24,310 bases of DNA. Source: an uncultured Chthonomonadaceae bacterium. Its GTDB lineage: Bacteria > Armatimonadota > Chthonomonadetes > Chthonomonadales > Chthonomonadaceae. Numbering within the stretch: position 1 is the first letter of the stretch; every line of letters begins with the position of its first letter. A model generated the notes under the pieces. The model was not told where the DNA came from. It worked only from the letters and a program-made list of their open reading frames with translations, and made no database searches. Shown one piece after another: positions 1-9,191 of the stretch. The position numbers and the translations under genes are program-made. The stretch covers positions 1 to 24,310 of the forward strand of contig CAWIEK010000040.1 in assembly GCA_963835065.1 (NCBI GenBank). The letters run 5' to 3'.

Positions 1-313
1 CTTATAGAGTTGACGCTCCTCGATAAGCGGGGTACACTGTCGTAAGAACGGTGTGTCGCGCTTTGTTTTCGGCAGCCCAACTGCTCTAAAAACGCAGGCT
101 TGCGCGGAGACACGCGTAGCCGTCAATGCGTGTTTCAGGAGTGTTGGCCCGGTGGATATAATCGGTCCAACCCCGGCACTGCTCCTCGTAACTCACGATG
201 CTCGTGCCGTAATCGTCGCCACCTAAAGCGCGAAGACGGCGTTCCAAAACAACCGCGCCTTCGCCGCCACGCTGTAGGACCGAATTATGATCCGTGTCGA
301 GCAGATAAATCAC
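1..313 (-). CDS. PIN-domain (VapC-like) toxin; 3' part disrupted or running off the window
   Basis: ORF 86..313 begins MIYLLDTDH and has SIVSYEEQCRGW, typical PIN N-terminal acidic motifs. Its GTG start overlaps the upstream gene's TGA (GTGA at 310-313). The stop at 86 is premature for a PIN protein and lies in a noisy read end. Confidence 0.7.
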
Positions 314-561
314 GCGCCCGACTCCTCTGCTGCCAACAGACGCCGGGCCTCCTCGCGTTCGCGTTCGCGCTCTGCTTGTATCTGGCGGGTCACTTCCTCA
401 AAAGCCGGGTTGTCCGCGTGTATCCCGATCATGGTGTCCAGAAAATCCGGGCTTGTTCGCTCCGAAACCCCGGGGGGTTGCGCTTCCAATTTCATGCGAA
501 GCCGGGCCACTTCCGCTTCAAGAGCGGCAAACCGTTCTTTAAGGATTGTTTCTGCCGCCAT
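310..561 (-). CDS. Putative antitoxin partner of the PIN toxin (83 aa, helical)
   Basis: Small charged helical ORF translationally coupled to the PIN gene. TATAAT and AGGA lie just upstream on the minus strand. Confidence 0.65.
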   Translation of the reverse strand: MAAETILKERFAALEAEVARLRMKLEAQPPGVSERTSPDFLDTMIGIHADNPAFEEVTRQIQAEREREREEARRLLAAEESGA

Positions 562-680
562 TTGTGTTTTTTCCTGATTTATTATATCGCATACTTCCTG
601 TTGCTTAAGTTCCAGGGTTGACTTTCCTTGTCGCCACCGAAGTATGTGCCGCCGTTATTCGCCCCTGGAGGTCACAAAAG

Positions 681-869
681 ATGACGACGAAACCCTTTGA
701 TTGTGTGGAAATGGTGGAGTGGACACAGGCGGAGATACAGGAACGCCTCGAAACGATGCCCCGTGAAGAACAGTTGGCGTTTTGGCGCACACAAACGGAA
801 AGACTGCGCGAACGTCAGGAGTACGAAAAAGGCGAAAATCTTCCCCTGCCTTTAGCCAAAAGGGAATAG
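681..869 (+). CDS. Small hypothetical protein (62 aa, MTTKPFDCVEM...)
   Basis: GGAGG at 667-671 precedes ATG 681. The FDCVEM...EEQLAFW pattern resembles small antitoxin-like proteins (recalled, not verified). Confidence 0.6.
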   Translation: MTTKPFDCVEMVEWTQAEIQERLETMPREEQLAFWRTQTERLRERQEYEKGENLPLPLAKRE

Positions 870-971
870 ACCAAAAGTACGCAGATAAGTCAAAAGTGCC
901 GAAGTCTTCAACATCTGTAACTATCAGGCAGAGGGTTGGCGGCATACCCTTGCTGCATCAGGGTTTGGGAC

Positions 972-1604
972 TTACACAAGCTGGAGGAGGCCGCGCTTGA
1001 TGGCGGCGGTGACGGCCTGGGTGCGGTCGCTCACTTGCAGCTTGTTCAGGATGTTGGCGACATGCACTTTTACGGTTCCTTCGGCAATGAACAGGTTCCT
1101 GCCGATTTCCGCGTTGCTCATGCCGGCGACCAAGCAGGTTAAAATTTCCATTTCCCGCGCCGTCAGATTGGAGCGGCCCAGGCGCTGCGCCAATTTTGCC
1201 GCGATTTCCGAGGGAATGTTGTACTGGCCCGCGTACACGTCCTGTACCGCCTGATAAATCGCTTCCGGTGGCATGTCCTTCAGCAGGTACGCTTTGGCTC
1301 CCAAAGTAAAGCCCTGATAGATATGCTCTTCGGCGTCCGACCATGACAGCAAAATCACGCGGGCGGCGGGAAAGTTTTTGAGGATGTGCGTCGCCGCATC
1401 CAAACCACCTCGACGCGGCATGTTCACGTCCATCAGCGTAACATCCGGCTGATATTGCTTGAACAAAGCGACCGCTTCTTCGCCATTCGTGGCCTGTCCC
1501 ACCACGCACATGGCCTCGCGCTGCGACAGCATCGCGGCAAGCCCTTCCCGTACAATGGGATGGTCGTCGGCAATCAAAACACGAATTGGTTGGTTACTGC
1601 TCAT
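972..1604 (-). CDS. NarL/FixJ-family response regulator (REC plus LuxR HTH)
   Basis: IRVLIADDHPIVREGL, phospho-acceptor region DVTLMDVNMP, and LTAREMEIL...SNAEIGRNLFIAEGTVKVHVANILNKL. AGGAG RBS upstream. Confidence 0.95.
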   Translation of the reverse strand: MSSNQPIRVLIADDHPIVREGLAAMLSQREAMCVVGQATNGEEAVALFKQYQPDVTLMDVNMPRRGGLDAATHILKNFPAARVILLSWSDAEEHIYQGFTLGAKAYLLKDMPPEAIYQAVQDVYAGQYNIPSEIAAKLAQRLGRSNLTAREMEILTCLVAGMSNAEIGRNLFIAEGTVKVHVANILNKLQVSDRTQAVTAAIKRGLLQLV

Positions 1605-1628
1605 GGGACACTCCTATCAACAAAGGAA

Positions 1629-1871
1629 TCAGTTGATGGTGATTATGGCTTCATCCTCGAATTCAGCCGACATTTCCCGGTAAAAGTCTGCGCGGGAAGT
1701 ATGCTCGGCCTCGCTGCTGGCGTAGCAGGCGGCTTCCAGTGGCTTGCAGTTGCGCAGGATGTGCCAGCAGCAATCGCAAAGCAAATTTTCATGGCGGCAA
1801 TTGATGTTTTCAACGCGAATCCATGCCGCCGGGCCATGACAGCCGACAACTTCGCATAGCACAGCCTGCAT
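1629..1871 (-). CDS. Small Cys-rich hypothetical protein (80 aa), possible metal-binding finger
   Basis: AAGAGGTG RBS just upstream of ATG. CEVVGC...LLCDCCW...C...C pattern. Ends 24 nt before the regulator start, same strand. Confidence 0.55.
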   Translation of the reverse strand: MQAVLCEVVGCHGPAAWIRVENINCRHENLLCDCCWHILRNCKPLEAACYASSEAEHTSRADFYREMSAEFEDEAIITIN

Positions 1872-2098
1872 GATACACCTCTTTTCGGCGGGCTTGCAAA
1901 AAGCAGGGAGAATAGCGGAACATGAGAAAAACCGTACCTGGGCAACACTGACTAAGGACGGTATTTAGGTGAGAACTCCGCTATTGTATCAGCCTGGATT
2001 GATGAAAACTATTCTCTTCTGGATTTATCTTTTTCTATATAGTGCTATATAGCGCTATTGCGCCTTCCACACCATGCGGGACACTCAATGGCAGTTTG

Positions 2099-4319
2099 TC
2101 ATGCCTTCAGGCCATTGGGAACGAGCGGCATCGCCGTTAGTTTTAGGCCGGTAGCGTCCAAAATGGCGTTGCGAATGGCCGGGGCAATGGCGACAATGGG
2201 CGTTTCGCCCGCGCCCTCGGAGGGCAGGTCTTTGCGGTCTACCAGCACAACCTCTATGGGCGGCACATCGGCAAACCGGGGCAGGCGATATTGCGCGAAG
2301 TGGGGATTGACAATTTTCCCGTTGTCGAAATGAATGGCCTCGAACAGCGCGCCGCCCAAGCCCTGTACAACGGCTCCTTCCACCTGATTTTGCAGGTGCG
2401 TGGGATTGACAATCGCGCCGCACTCGAAGGCCGTGACAATCCGCGTCATCTGCACTTTGCCGCTTGTTTTATCCACCATCAGTTCCACGCATGTCGCCAC
2501 ATAGCTGCCTTTTTCCAGCCCGCAGGCCAACCCGAAACCATGTCCCGGCGTTGCCTTGCGCTTGTCCCAACCGAAGCGCGCGGCGGCGGCTTGCAGCGTG
2601 GCGGATAGGCGCGCGTCCTTGAGGTTTTTCAAGCGGAAGGCGAGCGGGTCCAGTTTTACCATTCGCGCCAGATCATCTATATGCGACTCGCGGGCGAAAT
2701 GGTTGGCGGTGGACGCCAGGCCGCGATACGAGCCTTCGCGCAGCGGAGCCTGGGCGCGGTGGAATTCCGCGCGCTGACTTGGAACATCGTAGGGCGCGCG
2801 GACGCCGGACGGCCCGGAATTGTAATTGTCATGCTCCCAATGCGTCAGGGTTCCATCCGGCTGCGCGGTGGCGGTAATGTCAATCACGCCCGCAGGCCGG
2901 AAGTATGCCCACGTAAACTCTTCTTCCCGCGTCCAGACCAGTTTGACGGGCTTGCCTGCCGCGCGCGCCAGCCGCGCCGCTTCCAGCGCCGCGTCTCCCT
3001 TATGCTTGCCGCCATACCCGGAACCGGTATCCGGCACAATCACGCGAATTTGCGCTTCGGGAAGATGGAAAAACGCCGCCAGTTCACTCCGAACGCCGAA
3101 CGGACTCTGCGTTCCCGTCCAGACGGTGAGATTGTCCCCCTGCCATTCCGCAAGGGCGGCGCGAGGTTCGAGGGGCGCATGGGCGATATAGGCAATGGTA
3201 TAGGTGGCTTTGAGCGTATGCCCGTCGGCACTAACGTCAGGTTTTTGCACGTCCTGCACCAATTTGGGCGTGTTCTGCGCCAATGCAGGCGCGTTCCCTT
3301 CCGCCTGTGCCTGCGCAGAGCGGGGGCGTAATTGCTCGTACAGCGTTTGGCCGGAGGGCTGTGGAACCGTCTGCCAGTCGGCTTTCAGGGCGGCAAGGGC
3401 GCGGTTGGCGAGGAGCGCGTTCGGAGCCGTCACGCCCACAAAATCGCCGTCCTGAACAACGGTCACGCCGTTCATGGCTTTGGCTCCATCCGCGTTCAGC
3501 GATTTCAAACTCGCATGAAAGGCGGCGGGGCGCAAAATCTTGCCGACCAGCATCCCTTCGCGCTTCATGTCAGACGTATAATGATGCCGTCCCGTAACAA
3601 AATCCCGCCCGTCCGCTTTGGGCGCGGACGTTCCCATCACTTTCCATTGCGCCGTCGGTGTCAGCGCGACATTGGCGTTGATGTTCTGCGTGAGTTTTTG
3701 CCCTTTGCACAGTTCGCCATACGTGAGCGTCCGCTGCGTGGGCGCGTGAGTGGCTTTGCCGTTTTCCAGCGTGACCGTACTCCGCTCCACCTGCCACTGC
3801 GCAGCGGCAAGGTCAGTGAGAACTTCGCGGGCGTTGGCGGCGGCGATGCGCAATTGGGGCGTCATATTGGGCGTGGTGCGGCTGCCGAACGTGCCGGCAT
3901 CATAAGGCGTCAGGGCCGTATCCGCCATTACCATCTGAATGGACGCGAACGGAACGCGCAATTCCTCGGCAACCGCCTGCGCCAGGGAGGTGCGGATATT
4001 CTGTCCCACTTCCGTCTTGCCGGTATACACCGTAACGACGCCCTTGTCATCAATATGCAGCCAAGCTGCAATATTCTGCGGCCCGCCCTGCCCGCCGCGC
4101 CTTCTCCCGCCACCGCTAACCGACTCCTGCGCTTCCGCCAAATCCGGCAGCGCGACCAGCATCAACACCCCCGCGCCCAAGCAGCCGGAACAGGTCACGA
4201 CGGGAAGGCAAGGATGAAGGATGAAGGATGAAGTGATGAGTCAATTGCCGATTGCGTCATCCTTTTCTCCTTTTCTCCTTGTTCTCCTTTTCTTCTTTTC
4301 TATTCGCTAATACCTTCAT
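2099..4319 (-). CDS. Molybdopterin-binding large subunit, xanthine dehydrogenase / isoquinoline 1-oxidoreductase beta family, with Tat signal; 5' end frameshifted
   Basis: ORF 2099..4198 has TGKTEVGQNIRT, GTFGSRTT, AHAPLEPR, GSGYGGKH, QVEGAVVQGLG and EGAGETP motifs. One frame correction near 4177 gives SRRDLFRLLG-AGVLMLVALP. Probable start is ATG 4319 after AAGGAGG, overlapping the small-subunit stop; ATG 4260 is an alternative. Confidence 0.9.
4210..4301. repeat. Bipartite short tandem repeat in the 5' region of the Mo subunit gene
   Basis: (AAGGATG)x3 at 4210-4230 and about five CCTTTTCT-like octamers at 4261-4301. Confidence 0.85.
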
Positions 4320-4801
4320 TTCGCCTCCTTATGCTGCGTCTGCGTCTGCGCGGCGGTGTGGACGGCGCGCAGGATGCGGCGGTACGTGCCGCAGCGACAG
4401 ACATTGCCGTTCATGGCCTGTACGATGTCCTGGTCGGTGGGATGGGGCTTTTTGCGCAGCAGGGCGACAGAAGCCATAATCATGCCGGACGTGCAGTAGC
4501 CGCATTGCAGGGCGTCCTCGGCGAGAAACGCTTCCTGCACCGAATGCAGTTGGTCGTTGGTTTCCAGTCCCTCGATAGTCAGCACGGCTTTGTTTCCGAC
4601 TGCGCTGACGGGGGTTATGCAGGAGCGCGTGACCTGTCCGTCCACAAGCACGGTGCAGGCTCCGCACTGGCCTTCGCCGCAGCCATAGCGGGTTCCGGTC
4701 AGGTCAAGATCGTCGCGCAGAACGCTGAGGAGGCTTTGTTCCGGTTCGGCTTCAACCGCATGGGCGCTCCCGTTGACATGCAGGGTAAGTTTGTTGGGCA
4801 T
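4316..4801 (-). CDS. [2Fe-2S]-binding small subunit (IorA/CoxS-like)
   Basis: GCGEGQCGACTV, SC, LQCGYCTSG and NVCRCGTY cysteine motifs. Start taken at ATG 4801 (MPNKLTL). Confidence 0.95.
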   Translation of the reverse strand: MPNKLTLHVNGSAHAVEAEPEQSLLSVLRDDLDLTGTRYGCGEGQCGACTVLVDGQVTRSCITPVSAVGNKAVLTIEGLETNDQLHSVQEAFLAEDALQCGYCTSGMIMASVALLRKKPHPTDQDIVQAMNGNVCRCGTYRRILRAVHTAAQTQTQHKEAK

Positions 4802-5092
4802 AGCTGAGTCTCGCAAATGTAGGCAGACAGAAAGTAGGATACAAAAATAGACCCCGTCCGCGCCCGGAAGTTAGCCGGGGTTGCGCAATAGCGCAAAGGA
4901 TGGCTGGCGCGTACAGTTGTATTATAGCAGGTAAAACCACCCGGCGCAGGAGCAAGTGTACAAAGTTAATCTGTGTCGTGGGAAGCCGCTTACACGGAAG
5001 CCTATTTTTGGTGTATACTTATAGTGGGTGCCAGAGTAGGTATTTGCCTTTTATGACTGGCAACATCGGCGTATTCACCACAGGATAAAACC

Positions 5093-5447
<355 letters not shown>

Positions 5448-5867
5448 CAGCGGCCAGCCAGTGCCGGACGAATTAATTACCGACACGCTGCTCGAATTGG
5501 AAGAACGCTTTGGCGCTGTCTCTTCCGAAACTCAAATTATTCGCGGCCTGTGGCGTCACGAAGACCAGCTCTTCCGCGATGAATTGATTCGGGTGTTCGT
5601 AGACACCGCGGACGTTCCTGAAAGCCGTCAGTTTTTATTGGAGTTTAAGGAACGTGCCAAAGCCCGGTTCCAGCAGATCGACATTTGGATGACCACTTAT
5701 CCGGTAGAAATACTGTAGAAGACAACGTTTGCTTTGCAGCCGAATGGATTACCGCACCAGACAGGCAGATTATCATGTCCTGTGCCTATCGAAAGGTTAA
5801 ACAAGTGGCCTGACGGTTCTCTGGCTGTGTAGATGTCGTAAACCACGTTGCGCCCGAACCTTATACA

Positions 5868-5901
5868 GCGCGCCCTCGCCTTTGCAGGTGGGGGCGCGTT
5901 T
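5868..5901 (+). terminator. GC-rich hairpin, terminator-like
   Basis: GCGCGCCCTCGCC / GGTGGGGGCGCGT 13-bp stem with three G-U pairs, then only a short T-tract. Confidence 0.5.
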
Positions 5902-6241
5902 GCCTGTCAGGGGGATTTCCGTAAAATTGCGTTATTTTCTAAGAATTTTGCGGGACGTAGGAATATCGCGGCAGAACCGCGAAATAGCCAGTGGAATGTT
6001 CCCCGATGCGCATTGCATGCGTTTCCATGCCGATTTAACGTGAAATGCCGCAGAGGGTTTTGCGCCGCGCCGTTGCCGCACATTCACTGCCGCGCCGTGA
6101 AACCATAAACCTAATCGTATCCTGTTTTCCTGTTTGCGCGCAGATTTCCACCCTGTCCCTGCCGCGCCCTCCCGCTGATTGGGCGCAGCCTGAATCTCAC
6201 CCGGCGTCACCGACGCACAGCCCACCGTTCAGGAGAAACGC

Positions 6242-6631
6242 ATGGAACCCCAGCCGCTTCCCCCGCAGGGCGCAACCCTGCTGATTGTTGACGATGAACC
6301 CATGATTACGGATTTGTTTCGCCAAGCCATGACCAAGCGCCGGTATCAGGTGAAAGTGGCGCACAGTGGCCGCGAAGCGTTGGAGATTGTGGATGCCCCG
6401 GACGCGCGCATTGACCTGGTGATTACCGACATGACCATGCCGGAAATGAACGGCCTGCTGCTGGCGCGCGAATTACACGCCCGCCTGCCTTCCGTGCCCG
6501 TCTTAATCGCCACCGGCCACGATCTGGACGCCGACCAAATGGACCTGCCGCCCAACGTCATTGAAATCATCCGCAAGCCGTACCAGATGCGCGTTCTGGC
6601 CGAGCGTATCCGGCAACTCCTGACAAAGTAA
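6242..6631 (+). CDS. Single-domain response regulator receiver (CheY-like)
   Basis: LLIVDDEP, DLVITDMTMPEMNG, IATG and KPY motifs. AGGAG RBS. Confidence 0.93.
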   Translation: MEPQPLPPQGATLLIVDDEPMITDLFRQAMTKRRYQVKVAHSGREALEIVDAPDARIDLVITDMTMPEMNGLLLARELHARLPSVPVLIATGHDLDADQMDLPPNVIEIIRKPYQMRVLAERIRQLLTK

Positions 6632-6640
6632 AAACCGCTT

Positions 6641-6743
6641 TACCGCGATGACACGGATAAAACGGATGAACACAGATCAAAGTCAAAGGATGGGATTGTG
6701 ATATTATCCGCGTGTATCCGTTTCATCCGTGTCATCCGCGGTA
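6641..6743. repeat. Inverted repeat built from 9-mer (ACACGGATG-like) units between convergent genes
   Basis: Left arm TACCGCGATGACACGGATAAAACGGATGAACACAGAT (6641-6677). Right arm ATCCGCGTGTATCCGTTTCATCCGTGTCATCCGCGGTA (6706-6743). Confidence 0.85.
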
Positions 6744-7762
6744 GATTTTGTTACGGCTGCAAGCGGCTCGGAAGCATAAGTATCCAATGCAAGCGTGTCC
6801 GGGCCGTGCTGCGTCAAGCGGAAGTAGCCGGCAGCCGCGATCATGGCGGCGTTGTCGGTGCAAAGGACGGGTTCGGGAGCCACGAGGCGCAGGGCTTCCG
6901 CATCGGCCATCGCCTGCAAGCCGGCGTGGAGGCTGCGGTTTGCCGCCACGCCGCCCGCCACGCAAATAGTTTGAACGCCCGTTTGCCGCGCCGCCCGCCG
7001 CATTTTCTCCACCAAAACCTCCACAATCGCGGCTTGATAACTGGCGGCAACATCGGGCAAGGGCGTTTGTCCCGCGTCTTTGGCGACGAATGAGCGCAGG
7101 GCGGTTTTCACGCCGCTGAAGCTGAAATCCAGGCTGTCGCCCATCCACGAGCGGGGAAAAGCAACGCGCTTCGGGTCGCCTTCCAGCGCAAGGCGGGCGA
7201 TGTTAGGACCGCCGGGATAGGCCAGGCCGAGCAGCCGCGCGCCCTTGTCGAACGCTTCGCCTGCCGCATCGTCGCGGGTCGCGCCAAGCAGCGCGTACTG
7301 CCCGTGCCCGTCCATGCGGATAATCTGCGTATGCCCGCCGGATACGATCAGGACAAGCAGGGGAAAAGCGTCGGGCGCGTCTATTAAGTCGGGGGCGGCG
7401 AGGAAGTTGGAATACACGTGCCCTTCCAGATGGTGAACGCCGACGAGGGGAAGATGGCGGGCATAACTCAGGGCTTTCACGAACGACACGCCCACGAGCA
7501 GCGCGCCCAGCAGTCCGGGGCGATTGGTTACGGCAAGCGCGTCAATGTCGGCAACCGTCATGCCCGCCGCGTCCAGGGCTTCCTGCGCGACGGGCAGCAT
7601 CCGCTCGACATGCTTGCGCGACGCCACTTCCGGCACGACCCCGCCATACCGCGCGTGTAAATCGGCCTGGCTGGCAATGATATTGGCGCAAACCCGCCGC
7701 CCATCCGTCACAATGGCCGCCGAAGTCTCGTCGCAGCTAGTCTCCACTCCAAGTACGTTCAT
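6704..7762 (-). CDS. tsaD: tRNA N6-adenosine threonylcarbamoyltransferase TsaD
   Basis: LGVETSCDETS, YGGVVPEVASRKH, VHHLEGH, VSGGHT, DDAAGEAFDK, FSFSGVKT, GGVAAN, CTDNAAMIA. Confidence 0.98.
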   Translation of the reverse strand: MNVLGVETSCDETSAAIVTDGRRVCANIIASQADLHARYGGVVPEVASRKHVERMLPVAQEALDAAGMTVADIDALAVTNRPGLLGALLVGVSFVKALSYARHLPLVGVHHLEGHVYSNFLAAPDLIDAPDAFPLLVLIVSGGHTQIIRMDGHGQYALLGATRDDAAGEAFDKGARLLGLAYPGGPNIARLALEGDPKRVAFPRSWMGDSLDFSFSGVKTALRSFVAKDAGQTPLPDVAASYQAAIVEVLVEKMRRAARQTGVQTICVAGGVAANRSLHAGLQAMADAEALRLVAPEPVLCTDNAAMIAAAGYFRLTQHGPDTLALDTYASEPLAAVTKSTADDTDETDTRG

Positions 7763-7768
7763 GCCACT

Positions 7769-7774
7769 ATTGTA
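7769..7774 (-). promoter_or_regulatory. -10 element (TACAAT) 6 nt before the tsaD ATG; likely leaderless transcript
   Basis: Minus strand GGTACAATAGTGGC-ATG with no Shine-Dalgarno. Confidence 0.55.
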
Positions 7775-8105
7775 CCTTGCCCCGCGCCAAAAGCCAAAAA
7801 GCCCCTCTTCTGGGCCGGCGCATGTAAACGGGAAAAGAAAAAGAGTATGTAGAGACAGCGTCGAAATCTTGGCAATACAGCGCTTCCAGCCCGGTGTCTC
7901 GTTGTGTCAGGTTGTATTAAGATGAGGCGTCGTGACCTCGTAAGCGTCAGGGCGAACGGGGAGAGTGACCAGGCATCTTCCAGCACCTCCCTTCCAGGTT
8001 AGATTGTTGAGAGGGGAGAGTTCATCGTTGAGAGGAACTCCGAACTTTTAACGGCCCGCCACCTGGCTCGTTGGCGTCTCTACTTAGTAGACGTGTGTAT
8101 ATTTA

Positions 8106-8131
8106 GACGAGGCAGAGGCAGAAAAGGTTTG
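8106..8131 (-). promoter_or_regulatory. Candidate ECF sigma promoter
   Basis: Minus strand CAAACC-N16-CGTC(TAA) fits the AAC...CGT pattern of ECF promoters. Confidence 0.4.
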
Positions 8132-8202
8132 TTATTTCTGCTGTTTAACCAGATATTTTTCTACTTTTTTGCGTGTTCTTTTGGCAAGGATTGGAACAAA
8201 AT

Positions 8203-8242
8203 AGCCCCTCTCCCGGCGCGTTGCGCGGTAAGGAGAGGGGCT
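8203..8242. repeat. CCCCTCTCC...GGAGAGGGG palindrome (REP-like or terminator)
   Basis: AGCCCCTCTCC (8203-8213) and GGAGAGGGGCT (8232-8242) form a perfect 11-bp IR just past the stop of the 8258 gene. Confidence 0.7.
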
Positions 8243-8257
8243 GGGTGAGGTTACAGC

Positions 8258-9076
8258 TTACGGATTTACCGTGATGTCGTTGGACGCGACAGTGTTGCTC
8301 CCGGATTGGGCGAACACATTCAGCTCGAATGGCGCGGGGGGTGACGCGATGATCACATTGATGGGGGCGCACTGAGAGTTCTGAGGCACGATCACGGCGG
8401 TTACGATGATGGGGTTTGCCGGCGTACCGATGTTTATGGTCGGCAGTTGAAAGTAGGATTGATAATCCTGGTTGACAGACAGGTAAACCGTAGTTGGCCC
8501 TCCGATGGATGGCCCAACCAGGCAAACGTGGCCTTGTGGTGAGTGAGAGCCGGACGAAAGCGGAGTGTTAAACGTGACGGATTGCACTTCCACCGCAGCC
8601 GGGAGCCGGGCATTAGCAGCCTGCGCGGGACCGGCGGTGGTGGGAACCACGATCCGGGCAGAAACCGGGGTGCCGCCGGAACACTGGGCGTAGACAAACA
8701 CGGCGGGCGTGTTGACGCCCAAATTGCCGCGGAAAATGGCAAAAACTTGCGCTGTGGTGTAACCCGCAGGGATGATGACTTGCGACTGAGGCAGGACAAT
8801 TGCCGAAATTGTGCTGGTAAGGCTGATGGGGCAATCCACAGTGAGCGGCGCTGCAATGGACACCAACCCGACCAGACTCTGATCGGCGATGCCCTTGTTT
8901 CCGGCGCCAGGCATAGTTTGAACGGGCGGGAAAGCCAAACTGACGGGCTGACACTGCGGCGGAATGAATGGGCCCGATATATCGCCAACATCGGCATCTT
9001 CCTGAGCCTGTTGCTGTAAATCTGCCGGGAGCAGGTAGTCTTCCGATTGTTCACCGGTTTCATGGGATATGTTCAC
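8258..9076 (-). CDS. Beta-strand-rich hypothetical protein with two Ig-like repeats (272 aa)
   Basis: AGGAGGA RBS before GTG 9076. Two similar segments: GLVSIAAP...ISLTS...VIIPAGYTTAQV and GHVCLVGP...VYLSV...VIVPQNSQCAPI. Ends ITVNP. Confidence 0.75.
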   Translation of the reverse strand: MNISHETGEQSEDYLLPADLQQQAQEDADVGDISGPFIPPQCQPVSLAFPPVQTMPGAGNKGIADQSLVGLVSIAAPLTVDCPISLTSTISAIVLPQSQVIIPAGYTTAQVFAIFRGNLGVNTPAVFVYAQCSGGTPVSARIVVPTTAGPAQAANARLPAAVEVQSVTFNTPLSSGSHSPQGHVCLVGPSIGGPTTVYLSVNQDYQSYFQLPTINIGTPANPIIVTAVIVPQNSQCAPINVIIASPPAPFELNVFAQSGSNTVASNDITVNP

Positions 9077-9191
9077 GTTGTGTCCTCCTGGAAAATGGTT
9101 CCGCGTCTGGAAAGATGCCGATAACAGCCTGCTACAGCAGCGCGGATTACAATTGCGCATGATTTATTTTAGCTTATTTTTGAGACAATAG

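Noticed and set aside
4802..4926. Moco or xanthine riboswitch in the leader of the Fe-S subunit gene
   Set aside because: A TATAAT and a GC-rich leader are present, but I could not match a known aptamer consensus.
5720..6240. c-di-GMP or c-di-AMP riboswitch
   Set aside because: Only isolated words (GGCAAAC, CCCGAACC) match; the other conserved elements are missing.
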